Assembly (NCBI GenBank): GCA_041665145.1
Contig: JBAYJK010000001.1
Location: forward strand, 357,629-421,628
Length of the DNA stretch: 64,000 bases
Direction: 5' to 3'
Source: Patescibacteria group bacterium
Lineage (GTDB): Bacteria; Patescibacteriota; Microgenomatia; UBA1406
Positions 18,556-27,553 of the stretch are shown piece by piece (the first letter of the stretch is position 1; the number at the start of each line of letters is the position of its first letter). Both the position numbers and the translations under genes were made by a program. The notes under the pieces were generated by a model. The model was given only the letters and a program-made list of their open reading frames with translations, made no database searches and had not been told where the DNA came from.

Positions 18556-19488
18556 ATGAGTAGTATGAATAAAGCACAATTTCATCTTGAGACAATTTCG
18601 GAAACAAAAACAGAAGGAACCTATGCAGTCTATCCGTTACCTCGTGGTTTCGGAAACACGGTAGGAAACATGCTCCGCCGCATTCTCCTTTCTTCGTTGG
18701 AAGGCGCGGCAGTTACCCACGTGAAGATCAAGGGTGTCAGCCATCCATTTACAGCGGTAAAAGGGTTGAAGGAAGACGTTATGGCTTTTCTTCTTAATAT
18801 CAAGAGAGTACGCTTTGCGTTTACCGGCGACGAAACACAGAAACTCATATTAAAGAAAAAGGGCAAAGGCATTATTACTGCCGCTGATATCGAGGACAGC
18901 ACTTTGTGCAAAGTTATTAATACCGATCTTTATTTAGGTGAGCTCGCGGAAGACGGTTCAATTGAAGTAGAAATTTATGTTGCCAAAGGTGTGGGATACC
19001 AGCCTTCAGAAGAAAAAGAAACATCTGAATATGGCATGTTGCCTCTTGATTCGGTATTCTCTCCTGTTTTGAACGTTTCGATCAGTGTTGAAGGTGCGCG
19101 TGTCGGGAGCAAAACGAATTTTGATAAAGTAATTCTTAACGTTCTGACCGACGGAAGTGTTACCGGACTTGCTGCATTGAAAACTGCAAGTGCAATCGTG
19201 GTGAACTACTTCAATTTAATCGGCGCAGGCGGTCTTCCGATAGAAAAGAAAGAAGTCGATACACATCAGGCTCAAGTGACACAAAAAGAGCAAGATGACC
19301 GCGAAAACATGATGGTAGACGAATTGGATCTTCCGACAAGAGTCATTAACGCACTCATTAAGCATGGCGTAGAAACAGTCAAGCAATTAACCGCGATGCA
19401 GGATGAGGACTTTGCAAAAGTACGTGGACTCGGAAAGAAATCCGTTGAAGAATTAAAAGTCAAATTACATGAACTGAAGCTTGTATGA
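18556..19488 (+). CDS. rpoA: DNA-directed RNA polymerase subunit alpha
   Basis: PLPRGFGNTVGNMLRRILLSSLEGAA N-terminal domain; C-terminal domain ELDLPTRVINALIKHGVETVKQL. Confidence 0.97.
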   Translation: MSSMNKAQFHLETISETKTEGTYAVYPLPRGFGNTVGNMLRRILLSSLEGAAVTHVKIKGVSHPFTAVKGLKEDVMAFLLNIKRVRFAFTGDETQKLILKKKGKGIITAADIEDSTLCKVINTDLYLGELAEDGSIEVEIYVAKGVGYQPSEEKETSEYGMLPLDSVFSPVLNVSISVEGARVGSKTNFDKVILNVLTDGSVTGLAALKTASAIVVNYFNLIGAGGLPIEKKEVDTHQAQVTQKEQDDRENMMVDELDLPTRVINALIKHGVETVKQLTAMQDEDFAKVRGLGKKSVEELKVKLHELKLV

Positions 19489-19958
19489 AAAAGCATGTTA
19501 CCCGGCGCGTAATAAGTCGCCACGCTAAGGACAAAAGTACGATGCAGAACGTGATTCGCAGCGTATTTTTGTGGGGGAAAATTCAATTGCCCACAGCTCG
19601 AGCGAAAGAAATAAAACGCCAGGTAGATAAATTAATGTCACTTGCCTCAACCGACTCGGTGACAACGCTGAGACTCTTGACCAGCAAGATAGGAAGTGTT
19701 ATAACAGCGAAATCCATTATGAAATTTGCCGCTGTTGCAAGCAAAAAGAGAGCAACGGGATTCACTCGCGTTGTAAAAATAGGGCAACGTCGCGGTGACG
19801 GGACGGAAATCGCAAGCTTGGAGCTTGTGGATTATGAAGCACCGAAAAAGTTAGCAAAAGTGGAAAAAGATAAAAAGGAAGTAAAAGTTGCAAAGGACGA
19901 AAAAGCAGAGAAACCAGAAAAAGCAGAAAAGGTTAAGAAAGTTACCGCAAAAAAATAA
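19485..19958 (+). CDS. rplQ: 50S ribosomal protein L17 (bL17) with Lys/Glu-rich C-terminal tail
   Basis: Position after rpoA; GFTRVVKIGQRRGDG motif; tail KVEKDKKEVKVAKDEKAEKPEKAEKVKK. Confidence 0.95.
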   Translation: MKKHVTRRVISRHAKDKSTMQNVIRSVFLWGKIQLPTARAKEIKRQVDKLMSLASTDSVTTLRLLTSKIGSVITAKSIMKFAAVASKKRATGFTRVVKIGQRRGDGTEIASLELVDYEAPKKLAKVEKDKKEVKVAKDEKAEKPEKAEKVKKVTAKK

Positions 19959-19959
19959 T

Positions 19960-20424
19960 ATGTTAAAAAGAACTGTTTATACGAACACTATTTCGGCCAA
20001 GGACATTAAAACACAAATGGTCGTCATAGATGCGAAAGACCAGGTGCTTGGAAGATTGGCAACCAAGGTTGCACAAATTCTACAAGGCAAGCATAAGACA
20101 AATTATGTTGCAAATCTGGTCATGGGCGATCTGGTAATCATAACGAATGCAAAATATGTCAAGGTTACGGGTAGGAAAAACGAACAAAAAATGTACAGTT
20201 CGTACTCCGGGTATCCGGGAGGACTCAGGGAAGAGAATTACGCAACATTGCAAGGACGCCATCCGGAAGAAATTGTCCGCAGGGCAATCTCAGGTATGTT
20301 GCCGAACAACAAACTCCGTGATGTGAACTTGAACAGAATGCTTATTGTAGCTGAATCCAAATATGCAGTTCCGAAAGCATGGTTAGAAATTATTGAGAAA
20401 AAAGATGCCACGAGCAAAAAGTAA
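19960..20424 (+). CDS. rplM: 50S ribosomal protein L13 (uL13)
   Basis: VVIDAKDQVLGRLATKVAQILQGKHK motif. ATG 19960, 1 nt after the rplQ stop, preferred over the listed 19888. Confidence 0.95.
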   Translation: MLKRTVYTNTISAKDIKTQMVVIDAKDQVLGRLATKVAQILQGKHKTNYVANLVMGDLVIITNAKYVKVTGRKNEQKMYSSYSGYPGGLREENYATLQGRHPEEIVRRAISGMLPNNKLRDVNLNRMLIVAESKYAVPKAWLEIIEKKDATSKK

Positions 20425-20854
20425 ACTGAGTTATTTCGAAGCAGTCGGTCGTCGTAAAACTGCGGTCTGTCGAGTTCGCGTACATTTAGTAGCGGGCAAG
20501 GAATTGGTACTTGAGGGTAAAACATACACCAAAGGTGCCATTATGGTCAATGATATTGATGCAAAAACCTATTTTCAAGGCGCGTCTTCTAAAGAAGGCT
20601 ACATTGTTCCGTTAACGCTTACCAAATCCATGGAACGGTTCGTTATTACAGCATATGTCAATGGTGGAGGCAAGCGAGGACAACTCGTTGCATTCACTCT
20701 TGCACTTTCTCGAGCTCTTGAGAAGGCTGATGACACCGCACGCGCTGTATTGAAACCGGCCGGTATGTTATCTGTGGACGCACGTGCACGACAACGACGC
20801 ATGGCAGGTATGGCCGGAAAGTCACGCAAGAAACGTCAATCACCGAAGCGTTAA
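20405..20854 (+). CDS. rpsI: 30S ribosomal protein S9 (uS9)
   Basis: AVGRRKTAVCRVRV and C-terminal RKKRQSPKR. Start is 20405 or 20393; both overlap the rplM end. Confidence 0.94.
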   Translation: MPRAKSKLSYFEAVGRRKTAVCRVRVHLVAGKELVLEGKTYTKGAIMVNDIDAKTYFQGASSKEGYIVPLTLTKSMERFVITAYVNGGGKRGQLVAFTLALSRALEKADDTARAVLKPAGMLSVDARARQRRMAGMAGKSRKKRQSPKR

Positions 20855-20899
20855 CAATATCCAGGCATAATTTCACGAGAAAACTTTTGCTATACTTAT

Positions 20900-21799
20900 G
20901 TGGTGAATAAAAAAGCTTTCGGATTATTTTCTCTTGTTTCTGCGGCAGCACTGTATGGTTCATACGGGATATTTTCACGCCTGATTGGTGAGTCGTTTGG
21001 TGCTTTTGCCCAAAACTGGATACGTTCCGCTTTAATACTTTGTGCGTCTATAGTTTTAATCATCGTATTAAAAGTCAAATTTAAACCTTTTCAAAGAAAG
21101 GATGTAAAATGGATCGCCATATGGATATTATTCGGATCAACAGGATATTTGACATTCATCGCTTTTAATAACTTACCGCTTGGCACGGTCTATTTTTTGA
21201 CTTACGCCACCATGATTATGAGCAGTTATATGGCTGGCAAGTTTCTTTATAAGGAAAAACTAACCCTGGTAAAAGCCATATCGTTCTTACTTGCGCTTTT
21301 TGGTTTGTATCTAATTTATTCCTTCAGTATTCCTCAACATAGAGCAGCATTTGCGCTTATCGCGCTTCTTTCAGGATCAATTACCGGGTTATGGAATGTA
21401 TTGTCTAAAAAGTTTTCTGAGCGATATTCCGAGATACAGCTTATTGCGACCGATGGAGTGTTCTCAACGTGTATTGGTTTTGTTGTTTGGTTTTTTGTTC
21501 GTGATGCAATTCCACCCATAACTACTGCCACTGCCATCCCATGGATTTGGGTATGTGTTTTTGCGATTGCTGGACTAGGTACTACTGCACTGATGATTTT
21601 TGGTTTCAAAAACATTGAAGCACAAATTGGTAGTATCATTCTCCCTGTTGAAATAGTTTTTGCAATTATCTTTGGTTACTTTCTATTTGGAGAAACGTTA
21701 ACGGTTACTGCGCTTGTGGGGGGATTGCTTATAGGTTCTGCAGCAATCCTGCCGAGTGTAGTGCTTTTGAGTCAAAGAATGAAATCAAAAAAACGTTAA
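20900..21799 (+). CDS. EamA/DMT-family transporter
   Basis: 299 aa, 10 predicted TM helices in two EamA-like halves. Start is GTG 20900 or GTG 20903. Confidence 0.7.
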   Translation: MVNKKAFGLFSLVSAAALYGSYGIFSRLIGESFGAFAQNWIRSALILCASIVLIIVLKVKFKPFQRKDVKWIAIWILFGSTGYLTFIAFNNLPLGTVYFLTYATMIMSSYMAGKFLYKEKLTLVKAISFLLALFGLYLIYSFSIPQHRAAFALIALLSGSITGLWNVLSKKFSERYSEIQLIATDGVFSTCIGFVVWFFVRDAIPPITTATAIPWIWVCVFAIAGLGTTALMIFGFKNIEAQIGSIILPVEIVFAIIFGYFLFGETLTVTALVGGLLIGSAAILPSVVLLSQRMKSKKR

Positions 21800-23184
21800 G
21801 TTTTCTTTCCCACCAGGTAAATCGCTTTCCATGGACGGTATGTAGAGAAAAATTCTTTTTCAAAAAGGACCTGATTTTTTTTGGATACTTTATAGGTAAA
21901 CTTTGACGATCCACCGGCGGCAGCAAAATCTACTTGCTTCGTTACCCCTATGGGCAAGGTAAAATCATCTATATATTCAGAGGGAGGAGCCGGTTGCACA
22001 TTCCAGACTACCGGTTCCCCGATTTCTATTTGTCGGTCATCCTTGGTCCCGAACAGTTGAAAAGTCGCCGTCATATCTTCTTCATTAACGGTTGTCTGCA
22101 ATAAAAGAGCTCGGTCGTAGTTATTGGTAAATTTGAGATCCACTGATGGGGAAAATATCGTCGCGTCCAAACCAGGTTTTGCGTCCTGTTCATAGTAGCC
22201 GACCCGATATGCGTGAGCGTTACGCTCGACTATCGGCAGTCCTGCCCGAAGCGCCGTACGGAATAACGTCGTAGAAACCTGACAAATTCCGCCACCGTCT
22301 CCGAGAACTGTTTTTCCTTGGGAGATGACGAATGCAGGAACAAACCCCGTTGCTTGAGATATGTCTCCAACCGCCTTGACAAAAGAAAAAGTCTCTCCCG
22401 GTTTGATAATAATTCCATTTATTTTGGCGCTTCCGGTAATAATGTTATGAACGCGGTCATCATGAGAGCCGGCAAATTTGGAAGTTCCCTCAGCAACAAG
22501 TTCTGTTATGCCAAGATTATTTATATCCGCCAGTCGTATTTTTGGTTGCAGAGCAATTCTTTGTAATAACACTCCGATGGTGGGGTGAAACATTGTTTTC
22601 TGCAATTCCAGAGACTTTCGAAGCTGGGCCCATGCAAAATCGGTGTTCAATGTGATTCCCGGCTTATCTAATTGAAAGGCGGTAACTTTATTATCTTCAA
22701 ACACAAAACGTGCACTTTGCGGTTCGACATAATACACATTGTTTAAAGTAGACAGATGGTGATGAATAAAGGCCTCATCGTATTGGGCAGTCATTTCAAA
22801 ATTGTAGTGTTCCAAGCCGAGTATAAGGGTCACAAATTGATATAGTGAAGAAAGTGAGTGCGAATCTCTCCCGATCAGAAAAGCGTGATCAACAATGTCT
22901 TTGATCGGAAATCTGTATTGTATCTCGTGTGCGGAAAGCGTTGAGATATAATTCTGGTCAAGCAAAAATGATATGGAGAACGAATTCTTACCATTATGAA
23001 GCCGGTGGAGTAATGATGTCGCTTGCTCCTTTGTGAGGTTTCCAACAGAAACGGAATTGACAGTAATGTTTGGGAGTATTTTTGCCTGATAGTTTTTTGC
23101 CTGAAAGTACAGGTACACGAAAAAGACAAGGAAAATTGACACACACCCCAAGAGCGCGGAAAACAATATCCGTTTTTTATTCAT
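21796..23184 (-). CDS. VanW-domain protein, membrane anchored
   Basis: N-terminal TM helix; VanW-like core GKTVLGDGGGICQVSTTLFRTALRAGLPIVERNAHAYRVGYYE. ATG 23184 (MNKKR) preferred over the listed 23214. Confidence 0.8.
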   Translation of the reverse strand: MNKKRILFSALLGCVSIFLVFFVYLYFQAKNYQAKILPNITVNSVSVGNLTKEQATSLLHRLHNGKNSFSISFLLDQNYISTLSAHEIQYRFPIKDIVDHAFLIGRDSHSLSSLYQFVTLILGLEHYNFEMTAQYDEAFIHHHLSTLNNVYYVEPQSARFVFEDNKVTAFQLDKPGITLNTDFAWAQLRKSLELQKTMFHPTIGVLLQRIALQPKIRLADINNLGITELVAEGTSKFAGSHDDRVHNIITGSAKINGIIIKPGETFSFVKAVGDISQATGFVPAFVISQGKTVLGDGGGICQVSTTLFRTALRAGLPIVERNAHAYRVGYYEQDAKPGLDATIFSPSVDLKFTNNYDRALLLQTTVNEEDMTATFQLFGTKDDRQIEIGEPVVWNVQPAPPSEYIDDFTLPIGVTKQVDFAAAGGSSKFTYKVSKKNQVLFEKEFFSTYRPWKAIYLVGKKT

Positions 23185-23193
23185 GACGAATCT

Positions 23194-23224
23194 AGTATAC
23201 GATAATTGCGGCATTTATTATAAT
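23194..23224. promoter_or_regulatory. Divergent -10 elements for the VanW gene (minus) and the SBP gene (plus)
   Basis: Minus strand: TATACT (23194-23199) lies 9 nt before ATG 23184. Plus strand: TATAAT (23219-23224) lies exactly 6 nt before ATG 23231. Confidence 0.45.
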
Positions 23225-23230
23225 GAAGTT

Positions 23231-24799
23231 ATGGCAGACGTCCCCCAAAATCAAGACGAAAAGAAAGTACCGCAAACAGCGCCTCAGAATGGTGTAAATC
23301 CACCCTTGCAACCGCCTGCGGCGACCCCTCCGAAAGGCGCGGAATCAAATGTTGTTTTCAGTGGAAATCCTCAGTCGCCAATACCTTCACAAACAGCTCC
23401 CGTAGGCGACATCCCCGAAGAGTATCTTACGGATGAGGATTTGTATCCGGTTGCGCAGGAAAATCCGTCGCTCTCTGCCACTGCCAAGAAAAAAGGACCG
23501 CTCATTGCAATAGCAATCGGTGGGATAATCGTAGTGCTTTTGTTAGTTATCGCCCTCGGAAATATTCTGACCAAAAAAAATCCAAGTACCGAAAAAATTA
23601 CGCTCACATATTGGGGGTTGTGGGAAACGCAACAGGTTATGGATGAAATAATCAAACCATACCAAATCAACCATCCGAACGTGACCATCACCTATACCAT
23701 GATGGATGCGAAAGACAATTATTTGCAACGTCTTGTTGAACGTACAAAGAAAGGCACTGGTCCAGACATTTTCAGATTTCACAATTCATGGGTCCCCCAA
23801 ATCAAACAAATTCTCTCGGTTGCCCCACAGACAGTCCTGACACCTGACGAATATCAGAAGACATATTATCCGGTAATTGTTAAAGATCTAAATGTCGGTG
23901 GCTCGATAGTCGGAGTACCGCTGGGAATAGACGGAATTGTCCTTTTATACAACGACAAAATACTAAAGGCAGCCGGCTATAGCAACCCTCCGCAGGATTG
24001 GGAAACGCTATTGAATATGGTGCAGCCGGGCAAAGGAATTACTGTTGTTGATCAGGAGGGAAAAATTGCCACTTCGGGAATAGCACTTGGCGCAGCGGAA
24101 AACGTGAATCATTTCAGTGACATTGTTGCTCTGATGTTTCTCCAGAATGGAGTGAGTATGAAGTCTTTTGTGGGCAATCAAAATGCGCAGTCCGTTCTAA
24201 CGACCTATACGGATGCAGTTGTTTCGCCCAACAAATTCTGGACCGAGCAAATGGACGCGTCCCTCATTGCTTTTGCACATGAACAAGTAGCTATGATTTT
24301 TGCTCCCTCGTGGGAAATTGAAGTGATCCGTCATATGAACCCCGACTTGCAACTGGGGGTGGCGAGGGTGCCGCAGATTAAAGGAGGCCAACAGAAGAGT
24401 CTGGCGTCATATTGGGCAGAAGGGGTTTCTCGAACAAGTGCTCACCAACAAGCCGCATGGGAGTTTCTGAAATACCTTTCGGAAAAAGATACATTGACCA
24501 AATTCTATGCCGCTGCAGTAAAAAGCGGTCGTTTATTCGGCTACCCGTATCCTCGTGTAGACATGGCGCCGTTATTGTTACAGGATCAATATGCGGGACC
24601 GATTATTGCTGACGCACCGATTATGGATTCATTACCGTTATGCTCAAGCACCTATGATAACGGTCTGAATGATAAGCTGATTAGCTATCTCAAAGATACG
24701 GTAAACGGAGTATTGAATGGAAGCTCGGTTGATAATTCTTTGGTAACTATGGATAAGGGGTTTACGCAGGTCTACCAAGATTATCAAATCACGTATTGA
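23231..24799 (+). CDS. Extracellular solute-binding protein (ABC family 1, sugar type), TM anchored, no adjacent permease or ATPase
   Basis: Pro-rich N-terminus, TM helix LIAIAIGGIIVVLLLVIALG, then a MalE-like SBP pattern (YWGLWE...GPDIFRFHNSWVPQ...GIDGIVLLYN). ATG 23231 preferred over the listed 23183. Confidence 0.78.
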   Translation: MADVPQNQDEKKVPQTAPQNGVNPPLQPPAATPPKGAESNVVFSGNPQSPIPSQTAPVGDIPEEYLTDEDLYPVAQENPSLSATAKKKGPLIAIAIGGIIVVLLLVIALGNILTKKNPSTEKITLTYWGLWETQQVMDEIIKPYQINHPNVTITYTMMDAKDNYLQRLVERTKKGTGPDIFRFHNSWVPQIKQILSVAPQTVLTPDEYQKTYYPVIVKDLNVGGSIVGVPLGIDGIVLLYNDKILKAAGYSNPPQDWETLLNMVQPGKGITVVDQEGKIATSGIALGAAENVNHFSDIVALMFLQNGVSMKSFVGNQNAQSVLTTYTDAVVSPNKFWTEQMDASLIAFAHEQVAMIFAPSWEIEVIRHMNPDLQLGVARVPQIKGGQQKSLASYWAEGVSRTSAHQQAAWEFLKYLSEKDTLTKFYAAAVKSGRLFGYPYPRVDMAPLLLQDQYAGPIIADAPIMDSLPLCSSTYDNGLNDKLISYLKDTVNGVLNGSSVDNSLVTMDKGFTQVYQDYQITY

Positions 24800-24800
24800 T

Positions 24801-25193
24801 TTATTGCACCCTGAGACGTGTTCCCGGGTCAACGGTGTCGGGATTTGCAATGTTATTCAAATCCAAAAGCTTTGTATACTCGTACGGATTTCCGTATGCA
24901 CGGGAGGCAACGTCCCAGAGAGATTCACCTTCCTGTACCGTATAATATTTCAATTCTGCTGAGGTAGGGGTGATGACGATAGGTGGTGTCTTGAGTCGTA
25001 ATTGACTTTTTGGCTTCAAGGATGCGCGCGTTTTGATAACGCTGAAACCGGATGCTGCGACAAACAGTGTAACAACCACCACACCAATGGTGAACTGGAG
25101 CGTTTTTGTCCTGATTAATGCCAGAGCATACGACGGTTGTCGAGTTTTAACAGGTGTAAAATTTCTTGTTTTCTTGTGTGAATGTTTTTTCAT
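24801..25193 (-). CDS. LysM-domain membrane protein
   Basis: TM helix plus C-terminal LysM: YYTVQEGESLWDVASRAYGNPYEYTKLLDLNNIANPDTVDPGTRLRV. ATG 25193 preferred. Confidence 0.75.
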   Translation of the reverse strand: MKKHSHKKTRNFTPVKTRQPSYALALIRTKTLQFTIGVVVVTLFVAASGFSVIKTRASLKPKSQLRLKTPPIVITPTSAELKYYTVQEGESLWDVASRAYGNPYEYTKLLDLNNIANPDTVDPGTRLRVQ

Positions 25194-25211
25194 GTTGTCC
25201 TGATGGGGCAA

Positions 25212-25241
25212 ATTATATACTATTCTTCCCGAATTTTTCAA
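25212..25241 (-). promoter_or_regulatory. Candidate promoter for the LysM gene
   Basis: On the minus strand: TTGAAA (25236-25241), 18-nt spacer, TATAAT (25212-25217). Confidence 0.4.
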
Positions 25242-25259
25242 CAACTGCGGCTATGAGTG

Positions 25260-25288
25260 TTGCGATTTGAACGTACATATACTATACT
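25260..25288 (+). promoter_or_regulatory. Candidate promoter for tRNA-Asp
   Basis: TTGCGA (25260-25265), 17-nt spacer, TATACT (25283-25288), 14 nt before the tRNA 5' end. Confidence 0.45.
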
Positions 25289-25302
25289 TAGGTCTGACCT
25301 TT

Positions 25303-25377
25303 GGGGTTGTAGCTCAGTTTGGTTAGAGCGTCCGCCTGTCACGCGGAAGGTCGCGGGTTCGAGTCCCGTCAGCCCCG
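25303..25377 (+). tRNA. tRNA-Asp (anticodon GTC)
   Basis: Hand-folded cloverleaf. Acceptor GGGGTTG/CAGCCCC; D arm GCTC...GAGC; anticodon stem TCCGC/GCGGA with loop CTGTCAC; T arm GCGGG-TTCGAGT-CCCGT. CCA is not encoded. Confidence 0.95.
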
Positions 25378-25383
25378 CATTCA

Positions 25384-25410
25384 GGGTTAAACCCTTACAG
25401 GGTTTAACCC
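25384..25410. terminator. Stem-loop between the convergent tRNA-Asp and hydrolase genes (possible bidirectional terminator)
   Basis: Perfect 11-bp inverted repeat gggttaaaccc / gggtttaaccc with 5-nt loop. No U tract on either strand. Confidence 0.45.
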
Positions 25411-25420
25411 TCATAGACTC

Positions 25421-25954
25421 TCATAGGTTGAATATCGGCTGAATGATCTGCATTTCCTGTTGGTAGAAGCGGCTCAGGAAGAACTGCACATTCCGCGACC
25501 AAGTGGTCGAAGGGGGAGCGTATACATGCGCAATTTCTTCAATAGATGTCAGATTTCTGTTGATATAGTTAAAGCGTAAGCCTTTTGCGATCTGTAAAAA
25601 AGAATCTTCCCACGACTGAAACGCAATATACCCGCCACCCCAGCCGAAAACGTTATATGTCCCGACCAGGTATTGTTGGCCGAATGTCGATTCGACTCCG
25701 CTTATCGACGGCAGGAGGTAACAATCAATGCGATACGTCAGACACGCGTTCAGAAACGAATCCACTTCGTGGACAAGCGGCGAGTTGTAACGAGCCAAAA
25801 CATTATACATGGCAATTTTCTTCGATAGATACGTGCTGTCGACGACAACGTCCGGAGCGGGTATGTTTGGCGACTGTTTTACTCCAAAAAAATTGATCAA
25901 TATCACCGTAAAACAAAACGACAAGACGACTACCCAAAAAATATTTTTTGTCAT
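25421..25954 (-). CDS. Putative peptidoglycan hydrolase (glucosaminidase/GH73-like or lytic-transglycosylase-like), membrane anchored
   Basis: N-terminal TM helix. SGVESTFGQQ...YNVFGWGGG...FQSWEDSF pattern resembles a catalytic-Glu muramidase/glucosaminidase domain. Assignment is from motif memory only. Confidence 0.5.
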   Translation of the reverse strand: MTKNIFWVVVLSFCFTVILINFFGVKQSPNIPAPDVVVDSTYLSKKIAMYNVLARYNSPLVHEVDSFLNACLTYRIDCYLLPSISGVESTFGQQYLVGTYNVFGWGGGYIAFQSWEDSFLQIAKGLRFNYINRNLTSIEEIAHVYAPPSTTWSRNVQFFLSRFYQQEMQIIQPIFNL

Positions 25955-25990
25955 ATAATAGTGGTATTACCAGTTCATAATTAATTTACT

Positions 25991-26551
25991 ATGACAGTAC
26001 TACCTATCATTATACTGGTTTTTGTTGTTTTGTTTGTTCTCTATGTTTGGGGAACATACAATCAGCTCATTGTGCTTAAGAACCGATTGGATGAAGCCTG
26101 GAGTGGTATCGAAGTTCAGTTAAAGCGCCGGGCAGATCTCATTCCAAATCTGGTTGAGACAGTCAAGGGTTATGCCAAGCACGAAAAATCTGTGTTCGAG
26201 AATGTGACGAAAGCACGTGCGCAAATGATGTCGGCAGGTTCCGTGAAAGATATGCAGAAGGCTGACAATATGCTAACAGGCGCTCTGAAGTCTTTATTTG
26301 CCGTAGCGGAAGCGTATCCGGATTTGAAGGCAAATACAAATTTTCAGGATCTGCAAAAGGAAGTGGCAGACACCGAAGATAAGGTTGCATACTCAAGACA
26401 GTTCTACAATTCAAATGTTTTGAACTACAACAATCTTATTCAAATGTTTCCGAGCAATTTACTGGCCGCTCAGTTCCATTTCCAGCAGAAGGAGTTCTTT
26501 GAAGCTGATGTAAAGGATAGAGGACCCGTAAAAGTTAGTTTTAAGGAATAG
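25991..26551 (+). CDS. LemA family protein
   Basis: N-terminal TM helix plus [43 protein letters not shown], a typical LemA pattern. Confidence 0.85.
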   Translation: MTVLPIIILVFVVLFVLYVWGTYNQLIVLKNRLDEAWSGIEVQLKRRADLIPNLVETVKGYAKHEKSVFENVTKARAQMMSAGSVKDMQKADNMLTGALKSLFAVAEAYPDLKANTNFQDLQKEVADTEDKVAYSRQFYNSNVLNYNNLIQMFPSNLLAAQFHFQQKEFFEADVKDRGPVKVSFKE

Positions 26552-27448
26552 GTGAACGTTTATAACGAAATCGCTGCCAATAAGGCAAAAACGTATTTTA
26601 TCGCCTCCATTTTTTTTGTATTTGCGGCTGTTACTCTGTTTATTATCAGCAAAGCCCTTGGGTACAGCGGGCCTTCGATATTTATTTTCGCGTTTGTACT
26701 CAGTTTTGCAACCAGCATCGGGGGCTACTTTTTTTCTGACAAGCTTGTTCTTACCATGCATGGTGCGCATGAGGCAGACAGGGAAACATATTTTGATGCA
26801 TATACAGTTACTGAAAATCTTGCCATAGCTTCGGGCTTACCGAAACCACGATTATATGTTATTGAAGACCCGTCTCCGAATGCATTTGCTACCGGAAGAA
26901 ACTACAAAAATGCGGTTGTGGTTGTAACGACCGGTATTTTATCACGGCTGGATCGGCGGGAACTGGAAGGTGTTATCGCTCACGAGCTTTCGCATATCAA
27001 AAACTATGACATGTTGTTGATGACGGTTGTTTCCATATTTGTCGGCAGTATTGCATTTATTACCGATTTTTTTATGCGTTCTCTGTGGTTTAGGAAAGGG
27101 GATCGTGAAGAAAAGGGAAGCGGTATTTTTATGATTGTGGGAATTCTGGTTGCGATAATGGCTCCTGTTGTCGCAACCCTTATGCAGCTTGCCATTTCCC
27201 GAAGGAGGGAGTTTTTGGCAGATGCATCCGGCGCATACTTAACAAGGTATCCCGAAGGTCTCGCACGCGCGCTTGAAAAAATTGCTTCTGATCCGCGCCC
27301 TATGCAATCAGCCAGCAATGCAACTGCACATTTGTTTATTGAAAGCCCCTTCAAAGCCGATGTCAAAGGCCAAACGTCGTGGATGCTTAATCTGTTCAGT
27401 ACGCATCCTCCTATTGAAGAGCGCATAGCCAAATTGCGAGCAATGTAA
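26552..27448 (+). CDS. htpX: M48-family zinc metalloprotease HtpX
   Basis: HELSHIKNYD (HExxH) between TM helices. GTG start abuts the LemA stop. Confidence 0.9.
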   Translation: MNVYNEIAANKAKTYFIASIFFVFAAVTLFIISKALGYSGPSIFIFAFVLSFATSIGGYFFSDKLVLTMHGAHEADRETYFDAYTVTENLAIASGLPKPRLYVIEDPSPNAFATGRNYKNAVVVVTTGILSRLDRRELEGVIAHELSHIKNYDMLLMTVVSIFVGSIAFITDFFMRSLWFRKGDREEKGSGIFMIVGILVAIMAPVVATLMQLAISRRREFLADASGAYLTRYPEGLARALEKIASDPRPMQSASNATAHLFIESPFKADVKGQTSWMLNLFSTHPPIEERIAKLRAM

Positions 27449-27450
27449 TG

Positions 27451-27459
27451 TGATACAAT
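27451..27459 (+). promoter_or_regulatory. Extended -10 element upstream of tRNA-Thr
   Basis: TGaTACAAT (27451-27459), 16 nt before the tRNA 5' end and 2 nt after the htpX stop. Confidence 0.35.
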
Positions 27460-27475
27460 TATCGCTACCAGGACT

Positions 27476-27548
27476 GCCTGCGTAGCTCAGTTGGTAGAGC
27501 AACGGTATCGTAAACCGTGGGTCGTCGGTTCAACTCCGACCGCAGGCT
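27476..27548 (+). tRNA. tRNA-Thr (anticodon CGT)
   Basis: Hand-folded. Acceptor GCCTGCG/CGCAGGC; anticodon stem ACGGT/ACCGT with loop ATCGTAA; T arm GTCGG-TTCAACT-CCGAC. CCA is not encoded. Confidence 0.93.
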
Positions 27549-27553
27549 CAGAT

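Noticed and set aside
25257-25442. 61-aa ORF overlapping tRNA-Asp. The 5' part of ORF 27491-28249 likewise overlaps tRNA-Thr, and ORF 36012-36245 overlaps tRNA-Val.
   Set aside because: These sequences fold into canonical cloverleafs, so the ORFs are artefacts of translating tRNA genes.
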